The notes: generated from the sequence alone by a model not told the origin. A stretch of DNA of 63,893 nucleotides, filler included, from Gonapodya sp. JEL0774 (GCA_027604505.1; 23 parts of 23 records of this genome joined end to end with filler, not necessarily neighbours in it); one strand, 5' to 3'. Shown: positions 11,753-25,541, numbered from the whole stretch's first letter. Numbers and translations: made by a program.

Positions 11753-11919
11753 AGGTTTCCGACCCAGACTGGGCAAGTAAAACCTGCCTAGTTCATTTTA
11801 GGAGCATGATGTAAATATACTACCGGGTGCTTTGGCGATTTCTTTCACCAGTTCTCACCGTTACACACAGCATGCTCATTTGACCTCCGCTGAGGCCACG
11901 TCCAGACGTCGGCAGAACC

Positions 11920-13500
11920 ATGATGGGCATTCAGCCGAAGAGTCCAAACATCCAGCCCAACAGTTTCTTCGTTTTTGAACTCAAGGAGATGGAAGCTCAA
12001 GTCTCGGCCATGCGTCTGCCCGTCGCTGCAGAAGTTGACACCGCTTTACCGTCATTGGACGCTGCCGTGATCACGACGCCCGTTGTCCGAGTTCCCTCTT
12101 CGCTCGACACTCTCCCAACAGAAATCCTCCACAGAATCTTTCGCTTACTCCCCCCGCAATTATTCTACTTCACTATCCCTCGTGTTTGCCGCCGAATCCA
12201 CTACGCCTCGCAAGGAGCCATTCCGGGATGTTCAGGGCTTTCGGTAACCATCCAGATCAACGTCCTCCTTGCAGAAACGAGCTCGAAGGACGGTCAACGA
12301 ATTCGACCACTCAGACGGTTTACCGCTGTGATGTTTCTAGGGGGAGAAACGGTGTGGGCTTCCTTTTCAACGGACATGCATGTGACAATCGCGGAGGTTG
12401 AGGGATCGCAATACTCGCTGGAGCAGCTGGCACTGTCGCGCATTGCGAACAGTCCTGACAAAATCCAAGAAAGAGGGAAATCTCTCGGCAGGAGCCTGCT
12501 TCCAAGAGTTGTATTCAGTGGTGCCGGATGTGGCATGAAGTTGTTATGCGGATATTCGATTGAACATTCGTGGATCGCCAAGCTGGGGGGGTTCGTGAGG
12601 GACCTCTCCGTCCCCAAATTTACGTTTGGATACAGGAACTCTCACAGCTTAAGTGAAACGCCTCGAAATTCGGAGCTGATTAGCGCACTTGTTTCGCTTG
12701 AGGAGATGCCTTCCGTTACAACGCTGGAGTGTCTATCCACGACGGACTGGGACGGCCTGGATACTTGCTTAGCGTTACTTTTAAGATTGCTACCCAACAC
12801 TACCAATCTTACCGGAGACTTTATACTGGACAGTTCTGATGCCCAGTGGGTCTTGGACAATGTTTCACAAGACCGTCGGGACAGGATCGTCCGGCTTGTC
12901 ACCACGGGTGGTGATTTCCTCGGTGGTCTAAGACCGTCTCAGCTTGCGGAGCTCCTCAATCTCTTCCCCATGGTCACCGAGCTTGGCGTCTTGTACCTAC
13001 GATGTTACATGTGGGACTTAGGTGGCGCTCCATTGGAGTCCGCAACATTCCCAAACATCCGTACCCTCCACTGCCTCTTCGATTTCCTCTCCATCCCGAC
13101 GCCTGATGACATGCTCCACGCTGCCACAGGTGTCCAGCGCCAGTACCCCAATCTCCGCAAACTGCTGATCAAGTTGCACACTCGGTCCAGGTTCTCTGAA
13201 AAATACCGCGAGAATCTCCACGACATTTGCAGCTGCTTACGCGTCCTGCTAGAAACTGTTCAAGTGAAGCATGTGACGGTGTTGATGTCTGTTGGCGCGC
13301 CGATTAGCGGAGACGTGATGAGAGTGTTTTTGGCACAGGCATGCAGAACTCTCAACAAGTCATTCGAGGTGATGGAGGGACATGAACTGAAAGACGAACT
13401 GTCGGGGGATGTTCAGCCACCGGACATGCACTTTCCCACTACTGCCATTCCTCCGAGTTCCCACTTGTTTCCCTCAACCGTGCCTGATTCCTTTACATAG
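11920..13500 (+). CDS. F-box protein with LRR-like C-terminus, apparently intronless
   Basis: 526-aa ORF. F-box LDTLPTEILHRIFRLLPPQLFYFTIPRVCRR and LRR-like units LPNTTNL, FPMVTEL, FPNIRTL, YPNLRKL. Confidence 0.85.
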   Translation: MMGIQPKSPNIQPNSFFVFELKEMEAQVSAMRLPVAAEVDTALPSLDAAVITTPVVRVPSSLDTLPTEILHRIFRLLPPQLFYFTIPRVCRRIHYASQGAIPGCSGLSVTIQINVLLAETSSKDGQRIRPLRRFTAVMFLGGETVWASFSTDMHVTIAEVEGSQYSLEQLALSRIANSPDKIQERGKSLGRSLLPRVVFSGAGCGMKLLCGYSIEHSWIAKLGGFVRDLSVPKFTFGYRNSHSLSETPRNSELISALVSLEEMPSVTTLECLSTTDWDGLDTCLALLLRLLPNTTNLTGDFILDSSDAQWVLDNVSQDRRDRIVRLVTTGGDFLGGLRPSQLAELLNLFPMVTELGVLYLRCYMWDLGGAPLESATFPNIRTLHCLFDFLSIPTPDDMLHAATGVQRQYPNLRKLLIKLHTRSRFSEKYRENLHDICSCLRVLLETVQVKHVTVLMSVGAPISGDVMRVFLAQACRTLNKSFEVMEGHELKDELSGDVQPPDMHFPTTAIPPSSHLFPSTVPDSFT

Positions 13501-13581
13501 ATGTTTCTATATAAGTATTTGGGCATTTCTACATTCATTTCAGAAAACCTCTCATTGAGCACATAACAATTTCTCTATTAT

Positions 13582-13877
13582 ATGAGGCCCGCGCCATTGA
13601 GTGAGGCATGGACGGGCGAGGAGGGGGGAGACAACCACCTGCAGAGAATGCTAACGCCGAATGAGCCCGCCGCATCTGAAAATGCTTCTTCTCACATCCG
13701 ATCGCTACCTCACGAACTGCTCTCCCGGATTTTGCGGTTGCTGTCTCCCAAAACGGTCAACGCGACGATGACTCTCGTGAGTCGTCACTTCAGACACGCA
13801 GCTCTCCGATTCCATTCGGACAATCACAGTGTCGCATTGGATCTGATTGTCCGCGTGAATGGCATCTCCAGCTTTGA
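13582..13877 (+). CDS. Second tandem F-box gene, 5' part
   Basis: IRSLPHELLSRILRLLSPKTVNATMTLVSRHFR, starting 82 nt after the first F-box gene. Confidence 0.75.
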
Positions 13878-13977
13878 NNNNNNNNNNNNNNNNNNNNNNN
13901 NNNNNNNNNNNNNNNNNNNNNTTAATTAATTAANNNNNNNNNNNNNNNNNNNNNNNNNNNNNNNNNNNNNNNNNNNN

Positions 13978-16668
13978 GAACGGGCCCAAGAGGTCGATTC
14001 CGAGGGTGTGATTGGGCGATGGGATTTGTTTTGGTTGAAGGAGTCCAGGGGGCATTTGTGGCGGGTTCTTCTTTGATTGGCAGACTTCACAACTGCGTAC
14101 CCAATGTCTTACGTAGGTTGACATTCCTAGCCACCAAAAGCGTTTTCTGACAGCTTCAAACGTTCTATTACGGCCGAAGTGGGCACCCCCAAAGATGTTG
14201 TCGTGGAGAGCTTTCAGAATATCCGGAGCTAGGGATCGCGGGATAACTATTTGCCGTACGGTTTCGTCACGTCTTCCAGGTGAGGATGGTCTCCAATAAC
14301 GTACGACTAAATCGGTTACAGGATCCACACCAAATGATAGAAGTTGCCCTTTAATAGCGCGTTCAGTGTGTTGAGGGATTTCAGGTGGGGTCGGCGGTGT
14401 AGGGCTGCCTGAGGGTGTCGTGATCAAAGTCCGAATAAACGAAGTAACAACGTCAGCGTTTTGTAGCTTAATTAATTCAGCGATATTCCAGGGTGGGGTG
14501 TCGATTTCGTTGTCCGGGGTATTGATGGTGCTTATGGGGTTGATCCTGTGCTGTGGCATGGGTTCAGGGGTGCGTTCTGTGAATGTGGAAGGAATCGCAT
14601 TCGCGTCAACTTTTTTCATCGGCCAAGGGAACGATTCGTCAGTGGGTCGTGCGTCTGACTGGGAATCACTGGTGGCTTCGGGGTCAGGGTGTCTAGAGAG
14701 GTAGTCAGCGAGATAATGAAAACGTCCTGGACGGTGAACAATGGTCATTTGATAGTCCCGGAGGTCTTCCCACCAACGAAATAAACGTGACGTAGTATTT
14801 CGTGCTTTCCATAACCATACTAGGGCGCGATGGTCCGTGATTGCTTCGAAAGGTTGTAGATAAAGGTATTGCCGAAGTTTCTTCTTTACTGCCCACCATA
14901 GGGCCAGGCATTCAATCTCAGGAGCTGCGTAGCGTTTTTCGGCCGGAGTGAGTTTGCGTGAGAGGCAGAGAATCAATCGGGGGGTTTCTTGGCCTGGGTG
15001 CCGTTGTAGTAAGGACGCCGAGATCCCATCATAAGAAGCATCGGTTTCGAGTACGGTAGGCAGCGTGGGGTCAAACGTGGCTCGTTCTACAGCGTTAGCA
15101 AGTGCACTTTTTACATCGTCAAACTCTTTTTGGTGTTCTGTAGTCCATGCGCCAGGGGGCCATTTGCCTTTGTATGCGGTGTTTAAGTTTGTTAGGTGTT
15201 TTGTACGTAGTGCGTATTGAGGTATAAAGTATCGGTGATATCCCAATGCTCCTAGAAACGTTTCCAATTCACCTTTGTTGGTTGGGGGAGTGACGTTGTT
15301 GATGGCTCTGACTTTGCGGGGATCTGCGCGTATGCCGGACGCAGTGACAACATGACCGAGGTACGGGAGGGAAGGGGTGCAAAATGAACATTTCTTCGGT
15401 TTTATAGCCATATTGTAGTCAGCAATGCGTTGGAGAACAAGTGAGATGTGGTAAAGGTGCTCATCAAACGTTTTGGAGTAGATAATGATGTCGTCGAGGT
15501 AAACAAGTGCACACCACCATTTGAGTCCCGAGAGTAAGAGGTCCATATTGCGTTGAAATATTGCAGGAGAGTTTTTGTAGCCCATCGGTAGTACAAGCCA
15601 TTCAAAATGTCCATATGACGTGCTGAATGCTAATTTATGCCGATCTGCAGGATCTACGCGAATATTCCAGAATCCAAACAGAAGGTCGAGGGAAGAAAAC
15701 CATCCATTTCCACGTAGTGCGTCAAAAGTATCATCAATGCGGGGTAATGGGTAAAGGTCCGGTGCTGCGTGCGTGTTCAGAGTTCGATAGTCAACAGCAA
15801 ATCGCCACGTACCATCAGGTTTCGGAACCATCATGACAGGTGCAGAAAAGGGAGAGAACGAGTGGGTGATCAGGTTGTCTGCAAGGTACTGGTCCGTGAA
15901 TTTGCGTAGGCGTTCGGTTTCTCCTGGTGACATGGGGTAACGGCGACCGACAACAGGTTGATCCGTAGTCAAGGGGATGGTTGCGGGTGGGAAGGGTGTA
16001 TTACCAAGGTCAGCGCTAGTCATTGAAAATTGAGCTTTATAATGTAGGAGTAATTTAGCGAGACGATGCATTTGGGATGGTGATAGGCGTTCCTGAGCGA
16101 GGTCGAGATTGAGTTCGGGTATTTCTGCGGTTACATCCCTGGCGGCTAAAAGTGTTTCCGACGGTGTGGGTTCTTTCAACCAGGGTGCGTCAGGTGGCGG
16201 GGTATTCAAAGGAACCACGACCGTAGTAGTAGAGTTACCGTCGGCGTTCTGAACGGCGTTGACGTGAAGGGGTGGCGTTCGCGACGGAGCGTGATCAATG
16301 ATGGTCAGGAGTGCCGAGGCAGGCATACTCTCGGATTCGTCTGGGTTTTCACAAATAGTTACGATTTCTGATTCGTTTATTGGGGTGAACGTAGCGATAT
16401 GGTAGTTAGAGCGTACGGAAATGTCTCGGGGTAAGATATTGATCACTGGGATGCGTAGAGGGTTCGTTGACGTTTTGACAGCAGCCGCAAAGATTCGAGG
16501 GTCGTCCAGCTTTTGTTTACGGTGAGGATTATCTACAAGACCTACCGTGCCAACAGGGAAGGCAGGAGCTTGAGCAGAAGGGCGGACCAGGACGTGGGAG
16601 ATTGAGCGGGCCTTGAAGGTGACTGCAGTGGTCGTATAAAGCCGAACAGCGTTGGGTTTTACAGGAGT
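13978..16668 (-). mobile_element. Ty3/gypsy LTR retrotransposon pol (RT, RNase H, integrase N-terminus), uninterrupted ORF
   Basis: SPFSAPVMMVPKPDGTWRFAVDYRTLN, YPLPRIDD, LPMGYKNSPAIFQR, VYLDDIIIYS, ETDASYDG, ADYLSR, H..HFG...C..C zinc finger, GIDLLGPF. Domain order is RT-RH-IN. Confidence 0.97.
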
Positions 16669-16768
16669 NNNNNNNNNNNNNNNNNNNNNNNNNNNNNNNN
16701 NNNNNNNNNNNNTTAATTAATTAANNNNNNNNNNNNNNNNNNNNNNNNNNNNNNNNNNNNNNNNNNNN

Positions 16769-17787
16769 CACTTTCGATAACGAGCAGTCCCAACAGCTCA
16801 TCAGAAATCCCGGGGAATGGGTAGGGTGGGGAAGGTGCGGTAGGAGTTATCGTTGGGAACAGAGATTCTGAGCTCGATGACCTTGATGAAATCTGTTCCG
16901 GAAGCTCTGCCCGCGACAGCTTAATCTCAGTGGCAGCAGCGGAGTCGAGTATGGGTGATTGTTCCGTTTCATGTTCGAGGACCGGTTCAAATTCGTCTGT
17001 CTGAATCTCAAGGTGCGGGGTCTTTGAAGCGCTGTGATATTCTTGGGGCCACACAAGTTTGGTGAAAGTCGAGGGAGAGCTGTTCGAGGTAAGTTCCTTT
17101 ACCTTGCCGCTCTGCCTGAACAACTCCATCATCAATCTCAGGAATACCAGGATTCTCTACTGAGTCCACGAAGCCCAATTTCACACAAATCTCCCCTTGC
17201 AGTCGAGGCGGTGGGTCGGATCTTAACCGGTCTCCAATCTTTCGCCTTCCGAGACCAAACCATTGAGGCTCATTAGAGGGGTCATCCCACCTCAGAGGTC
17301 TCTCTTGTGATGGGGGTAGAAGATCTTTGATGGGTACGGATACTCTGCCCAGAAGCTCTGATTTCAGAACATCCCAGTCGCGTAATTCGAGCACGAGTGA
17401 GTCCTTTCCGGGCGATGAGCAAGGAAAGTCGAAAAGGGCATCTGAGAAGGTGACTGAGGGTGCATGCTTCACCTGTTCGTGGCAATTCATTGGTCACTTT
17501 CTTCATCCTGTCGGATGTGCAAGTGAGACGCTCACTTTTGATGATTTCTTTACGTTCCATCCGACCCTCGCAACCACATACGGCGCTGATGATCGCGAGA
17601 ACAGCTCACTTTTAGGAAGATCTTTTGCCTCGATGACTGATGCCAGGTGGAGTAATCAATGGTGTATATGTACATGGCAACTATCTTACAACTGCCAAGA
17701 CTGACCCTGGACTCGAAGAATCAATTCATCGTCCACACCCGGAGATTGATTCGACCGTCGCACGCGGAAAAATGTTGGGAGGGACAT
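16769..17787 (-). CDS. PSD2: C2-domain protein, probably phosphatidylserine decarboxylase 2, 5' part
   Basis: MSLPTFF...DELILRVQ/VIEAKDLP...APYVVARVG...LELRDWDVLKSELLGRVSVPI...LRWDDPSNEPQWFGL...GEICVKLG. A second C2 domain starts at LLGLLVIE. Confidence 0.72.
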
Positions 17788-17948
17788 TTGGATGCTGTCC
17801 GGGAGGGTTTGACTTCAAAATTGTCGCCTGTCACACCACAAACTTGGCAGAGCTGCTGAGAACCTCAACTCATACTTTCGAGTTTCTCCTTCCAACCGTT
17901 TTCTGAAGGTATTCAACCCATCAAGTCACCGGAAACGCAGTTTCAGAC

Positions 17949-18698
17949 ATGGGAGGCAGGCTAGTCTTCACATATTCGACTCCAGCAACCGCCATTTGGA
18001 AACTAAATGATTTCTGGGAATACCAGTGTCGGTCGCAAGCGTATGCACACGCGCATCCGCGATACATATCGAAAAACGAAGACGAAGAGGCGATTGAAAG
18101 ATCTGGACCAAATCCAGAACGACCTAAAGCCAGAAAACCTTGCGCGCCTGCTCGCAACAGAACCTGACCCCGAGCTCCCTGGTCAGGGCTTGTTCGGGTG
18201 TGTCGAATGCTCTAAGCACTTCATCAGTAAGTTCTTTTGTCGGGGTACTGCTTGAGAGACTCGGGAGCTGGCTCTTGCGTCTCCTGTGAGCCGTGCATTC
18301 CGAGTTAGAGTTGTGATGACGATCACACCTCACTCGAGCTGGCAGTCATCACATCGATTGCAACAGTCGAATGATCATGTCTCTTTGGTGTCTCGTAGAC
18401 GACGTTGCCCTCATTGCGCACCGTAAAACTAAGCTCCATAAGAAGCGGTGAGTTTCTCGAATCTATCCCAGATTGCCTCCTCATTGATATAAAGAAATAA
18501 TCCATAGACTCAAAGAGCTGCGAGTCCCAGCGTTCACCCAAAAGGAAGCCGAAGCCGCAGTTGGATTGGCAAGTGAGCGAGTGAAGAACGAATCCTCTTG
18601 TCTCGGTGCTTACATTTTTGAATGTCGGTTTGTGCGAATTTTTGACCGTCTTAGCCGATAACCAACAGAAACAGCGGTCGGAGATGAATCTGGGATAG
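17949..18698 (+). CDS. BUD20: C2H2 zinc-finger ribosome biogenesis factor Bud20/ZNF593
   Basis: KTKRRLKDLDQIQNDL...DPELPGQGLFGCVECSKHFI/NDVALIAHRKTKLHKKR/LKELRVPAFTQKEAEAAVGLA/TDN...*. Confidence 0.93.
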
Positions 18699-18832
18699 CT
18701 TCATAAAAGATTGTTCTGCAGTGTCGAGATACCAAGATGAGCTTATTAATATTGTAAATATCATGAAATTTACACAACACAATGGGCGATTTTGATATTG
18801 CGACTCATTGGTAATTACACACGCGACTCCGA

Positions 18833-19458
18833 TTATAGACGAGCTTGCTGGGCAGAAACACTCTTCCCCAAAACCTTTTTCATGCCGTCCTCCGCGTTGT
18901 AGTGCCAATGTGGAGAGAACACACTGGGGATGGGAAGCAGAACACAAACAATGAGCTACGAGGGAATCGGCATTCCTGCCTTGTGATTTCTTTGTCACTA
19001 CTCACCTGGATGGTTTCATCCACTCCTTCTTGAATTTATCATCCCTTTCCATCTGCTGCACACCATCGTACATGTGGAAGGTGCGCCTCGCACCATCCGC
19101 GCCGTTCACAATCGACGTGGTTCGCGGCTTCCGCTCTGCCTCGTATGCCTTGAGAGCATCTGGGATAGGCAATGGCGAGCTGAGCACAATTGCCAACGCC
19201 GCAGCGTCTTCAACTGCTTGAGCGGCTCCTTGAGCGAGATAGGGGACCATCGCATGACAGGCATCACCGAGAAGAGTGGTGCGGCCTCGGCACCAGGTGG
19301 ACAGTTCAGAGCGCTTAATGAGTTGCCATTTGAGGTATTTGTCGCCGAGAGAAAGCAATGTTTTGACCTGCGGGCTGCAACAACGACGGTGAGCCAAGAT
19401 TCATAGTTATCAACTCTCACTTTACAGACCTCCAATCCTTGAAAACGTTGAGAAGATC
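18833..19458 (-). CDS. FAD-dependent monooxygenase (salicylate hydroxylase-like), C-terminal part
   Basis: TWCRGRTTLLGDACHAMVPYLAQGAAQAVEDAAAL (GD motif). The predicted last exon ends ...SVSAQQARL*. Confidence 0.88.
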
Positions 19459-19849
19459 NNNNNNNNNNNNNNNNNNNNNNNNNNNNNNNNNNNNNNNNNN
19501 NNTTAATTAATTAANNNNNNNNNNNNNNNNNNNNNNNNNNNNNNNNNNNNNNNNNNNNAAGGTATGTGTGGGTGGGACGAGACGGGCCAATGGAGTGTGG
19601 AGAGTAACGAGCACAGAGTACCACCCCACGGTCGGCTCTGGGACACACGCCGCACGGGCGGTGTCCGAGGTGGACGGGGTTCGTGGAGGTGAATTGCGTA
19701 CGTGGGATGTGGATGTGGAAGAGGGTATGTGGAGGTGGAGGATGAGTGTGCGGGTAGTGCCAGATGTGCCCTCCGAGTGTGAGTGATCGACGTGCCCACC
19801 GTGTGTGCGTGCGGGGGAAATTGGTTTGACGGACCGGGGTACCCCGCAG

Positions 19850-20183
19850 GATGACGCCGTGGGGAGTGGTGGATACGAAAGTCCGTCTGTCCGACGGTTC
19901 GGTCACTCCACCAGTCCGCCCTGCACCATCCACCGTCCACCCTCAGTCCCCTTTGACTGGGACACCACCGACTGATCTCGCCGAATTGCGAGTGGCGAGG
20001 GAGGTTGGGTGGAGAGATAAAAAAACACGTGAGGGCCGTTGGGCGATTGAGGTGATTGATGGCCCTCGGATTGTACAAGGATCCCTCGCTGGGTGGGACG
20101 TGTGGGGATTGCAAGTTGGTATAATAGGAAGGAATGAATCTGGTCTGTGCGGTGGTGTTGGTGTTGCAAGTGGCCATTGGTAG
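19850..20183 (+). CDS. Probable terminal exon of an unidentified protein
   Basis: A CCCGCAG acceptor precedes a 110-codon open frame (…RWAIEVIDGPRIVQGSLAGWDVWGLQVGIIGRN…). No family recognised. Confidence 0.4.
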
Positions 20184-21425
20184 AATCGGTGCTGCGAGTC
20201 GATCTGGGGTGGTGGAGATGGCAGATTCAAATCGGGTAACACAAGAATGCTTGTCACTATGTGATATTTCGTACGTCCACATCCCAATTCTGATTCTCTG
20301 ATTCTCGTTTTCAAAACCACTCCTTCTTTTCGGCATTAACATTTTTTCCACTTCTTGAACTGCTTTAGTGCGTCGGTGGAGCTCTCCGCATGCCTTCTCC
20401 TTCTTCCCCCGCTATTCGTCCTGTTTCTCGACCTTCACCTTCAGTCAACCACGTTCTGAGCGTTCGCATACCACTTTGCTTGCTCTTGACGCCTAAGTTG
20501 ATCTTGCGCCATCGGACAGCCCAATCCAATCTTTCGGCTGCTTCATGCTTTCCCCTTGTTACACGGTCAATCATCCCTTCTCCAAGCACATACTCGCAGC
20601 TTCTGTATTTGGGAGCATAACAACTGAAGTACTTTTTTCGGAAATCGCAGCTCAAGTGAATGAAATCACTGGACTTGGACTGGGGCGGTGGTCGTATGCG
20701 ATCACTGCAGACGACGAAATCACAAAGGAATCACGCATTCGCTCAAATATATCGGGCGAGAACGCTCGAGAATGAAATATTGTCAGTTTCTTGTTTTTCA
20801 ACTAACTCTCCACTTCCGACACAGAATCAAATCTCCCGTCATCATCTCGGTGACGTAACTTGTATACATCGACACCCACTGATATCGACGGATCAAATTT
20901 CTTACGAGATTGCTGCATAAACAGTGGATTTCCGTCTGTCAAGCGTTCGAAAGACCTTCTCTCTGTCTGCCTCTTGGTCACACAAGTTCCTGCCAAAAGC
21001 ATGAATAGCGTGAATCACGTGTACACCAAGCACGACCCGGGCGAGCGTTACATAAAGCGAAGCACCCCTCTATTTCATCCATATTGATGTTATTTTTGAT
21101 CCTACGTGAACGTTCTGATCACGCAAATGTATCTTCATGAAGGCCAACAACGTCCAAACTGCGTCTCTTGCGACCTCATATCACTTTTAACCTCTGCGTC
21201 TGTTCACTAGCGTAGCATGTACGAGAACCTTTACGGATCCGTCTTTCATCTGACGACCCCCACAACAACCGTCTTTTGTAATTTCCAAACGGCGTCTCTG
21301 GGATTACCTCTGTCGTCAACAGCTGCATGCGGGACGTCATGATTTGCACTTCGGAAACACAAAGAAAATACCACTGACATTCATAAAATACATATACAAT
21401 AAATACACATGTTCGCTGCTCCACC

Positions 21426-22244
21426 TTACGACCCCCTCAGCCGCTCCAACGCACTTCGTGCATCCCACGTCCCCGCCATCTTGTACATCTCAATCGCCTT
21501 GCTGATGTCCTTTGCTAATCCTCCAAGTCCCGCTTCGTACATCCGACCGAGACCCACTGCAGCGACCACGTCCCCCTCGTCTAGTGCCTCTGTGTACAAG
21601 CGCACGGCGGTCCCCAGGTCCTGATCTAATCCTCCTCGACCGTCCTCGTACATTGCTGCCAGTAAAGTCTTTGCCATGCATATGAGATCTTTCAAATAGT
21701 AATCCACGGCTTTCTGCTCGTCTTTTGGTCTTCCGCCCCACCCACGCTCATGGAGAATCCCAAGAGCAAAGGGCAGTTCACTATCACCTGATCTTGTAAG
21801 AAGTTCCTCTGCCATTCCCACATCACGTTCACATCCACCGAGACCATGCAAGTGAAAAAAGTATGCAAGATTGAACTGTGCCATCGCATTTTCTTGCTCC
21901 CCGGCGGCGGTGAAGAGTTTCCTCGCTTCATGTACATCACCTGCTCCGCTACGTCCGCTGACATACATCCATCCGAGATTGTTTTGTGCTGTCACATCGC
22001 CCTGGTTAGCGGCCTTCCTGAACCATTTCACAGCCTCCACCTCGTCCTTCTGGGCACTCTCCCCATTCTTGGACATGAGCCCAAGAGTGACCTGAGCAAA
22101 AGCATCACCCTGATTGGCAGCCCTTCTGAACCACTCCACTGCCTCTGTGCGGTTTCCAGTAGTATAGAAAAACGTTCCCAGGTCAGATTGTGCTGCAGCA
22201 TAACCTTGCTCCGCTGCATGTTGGCACCACGTGAGTGCATATTC
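21426..22244 (-). CDS. Sel1-like repeat protein, C-terminal part
   Basis: Repeated A..WFRKAANQGD..AQ..LG.MY..G units. Confidence 0.92.
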   Translation of the reverse strand, partial: EYALTWCQHAAEQGYAAAQSDLGTFFYTTGNRTEAVEWFRRAANQGDAFAQVTLGLMSKNGESAQKDEVEAVKWFRKAANQGDVTAQNNLGWMYVSGRSGAGDVHEARKLFTAAGEQENAMAQFNLAYFFHLHGLGGCERDVGMAEELLTRSGDSELPFALGILHERGWGGRPKDEQKAVDYYLKDLICMAKTLLAAMYEDGRGGLDQDLGTAVRLYTEALDEGDVVAAVGLGRMYEAGLGGLAKDISKAIEMYKMAGTWDARSALERLRGS

Positions 22245-22344
22245 NNNNNNNNNNNNNNNNNNNNNNNNNNNNNNNNNNNNNNNNNNNNTTAATTAATTAA
22301 NNNNNNNNNNNNNNNNNNNNNNNNNNNNNNNNNNNNNNNNNNNN

Positions 22345-24033
<1,689 letters not shown>

Positions 24034-24247
24034 GAGGAAGCGAAGGTGACAGGCCAGACGAAGAAGAGAAGGAGACGCGGGAGACGCGGGAGGATGGCTA
24101 ATAGAGTTGGGTGGCAGGAGTTTGAGTTACTATTCTTGAGTTTTTTTCACTTGCTACCTACCATATCGCCGTGAACGTCGTTGTCCCGACATGGTTCTCA
24201 ACTCCCTTCAAGTAGTACATGTACATCTTACGTAAATAAATTCAATC

Positions 24248-25029
24248 TTAGCTATTATTCAGACTATGGTTACCAAAATCAACTCTCCTAGAGTCTGTTG
24301 TACGAAGCTCCATCAGGCACACGGCGCAACGAATCCGTGGGCAAACATGTCGCCAACAATGGCAGGGTTCGCCACTAGACAGATGAGCCGCTCGAAACTC
24401 CTTGTGTCGCCCCACGCGGCGGCTTTCTCGAACCATCGGGCAGCTTGTTCACGATCGAGATCACAACCCTGTCCTCGTTCATACGCGGCACCAACGTGGT
24501 ACATAGCCTGCACACTACCGCCTTCTGCAGCCCTCAGGTACCACGAGAACGCTTGCTCCAAGTCTTTGTTGCATCCCTTGCCGGTCTCAAGATGAGCTGC
24601 CAATTTCGCCTGTGCGCGAGCATGACCTTGCTCTACAAGAATAAACAAAAACAAAAGAAACAGCAACGATTTTAAGACGGGGCATCATCGATCTTACGTG
24701 AAAGAAGTCCTCCGAATGTTGACTCACCAGCCGCCAACCGGAAGAGCCGCACCGCTTCACTGTACTTCCGTCTGACTCCAATACCCTCACTGTAGAGTAC
24801 CCCCAGATTCGTCTGTGCCCACATGTTGTTCTGTTTAGCGCTTTTCCGGTACCAGAACATGGCCTTCCCCGGACTTCGTTCACAACCGAGACCTGGTACA
24901 AGAACAATCATATGAACTAACACTCTGATTTCGGCTGTTGTAAAAGCATGCTTACCTTCTTCGTATAGATGGCCAAGAGTGTTTTGAGCCAAGTCGTTGC
25001 CACCGACAGCCGAGAGACGTACTGTTCAG
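24248..25029 (-). CDS. Sel1-like repeat protein, C-terminal part
   Basis: AQNTLGHLYEEG, AQTNLGVLYSEGIGV, AMYHVGAAYERGQGC repeats across several exons. The 3' end is approximate. Confidence 0.88.
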
Positions 25030-25129
25030 NNNNNNNNNNNNNNNNNNNNNNNNNNNNNNNNNNNNNNNNNNNNTTAATTAATTAANNNNNNNNNNNNNNN
25101 NNNNNNNNNNNNNNNNNNNNNNNNNNNNN

Positions 25130-25541
25130 GTTCAACATGCCGGTGTGAGCCTTGCTGAATCGCAGAAAGGGCAACAGACCAGTTTGTGAGATGGGTTCTC
25201 CGTGATACACATGACAGCCATTACTCACTCGGTGTTTGCGACCTTTGCATTAGAAAGATTGCCTCGATCGCTGGCGGGAGTCAAAATCGCTGAATATAAG
25301 GTGCTCCTTTCGACAGGAGAGCATCATTTGGACCCACAGATAGTTGCACAGATAAAGCAAGCTGATGAATGGGACAAGATAGAGATCCAGCTTGCGAACA
25401 ACTTTGCGTTCTTCCTCTGTATTAGGAGGTGGGAGACACAGAAGCCAGAATGACATCCCCTGCAAGTGAGAGCATCGCCTCCGTTTCAAGTTGATTCTCA
25501 CCTGCAGACCACGTTATCGTCGTCTCTGACCCCATCTCCAT
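25130..25541 (-). CDS. MFS transporter (anion:cation symporter, DAL5/TNA1-like), 5' part
   Basis: Spliced WSAEEERKVVRKLDLYLVPFISLLYLCNYLDRGNLSNAK. Confidence 0.88.
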
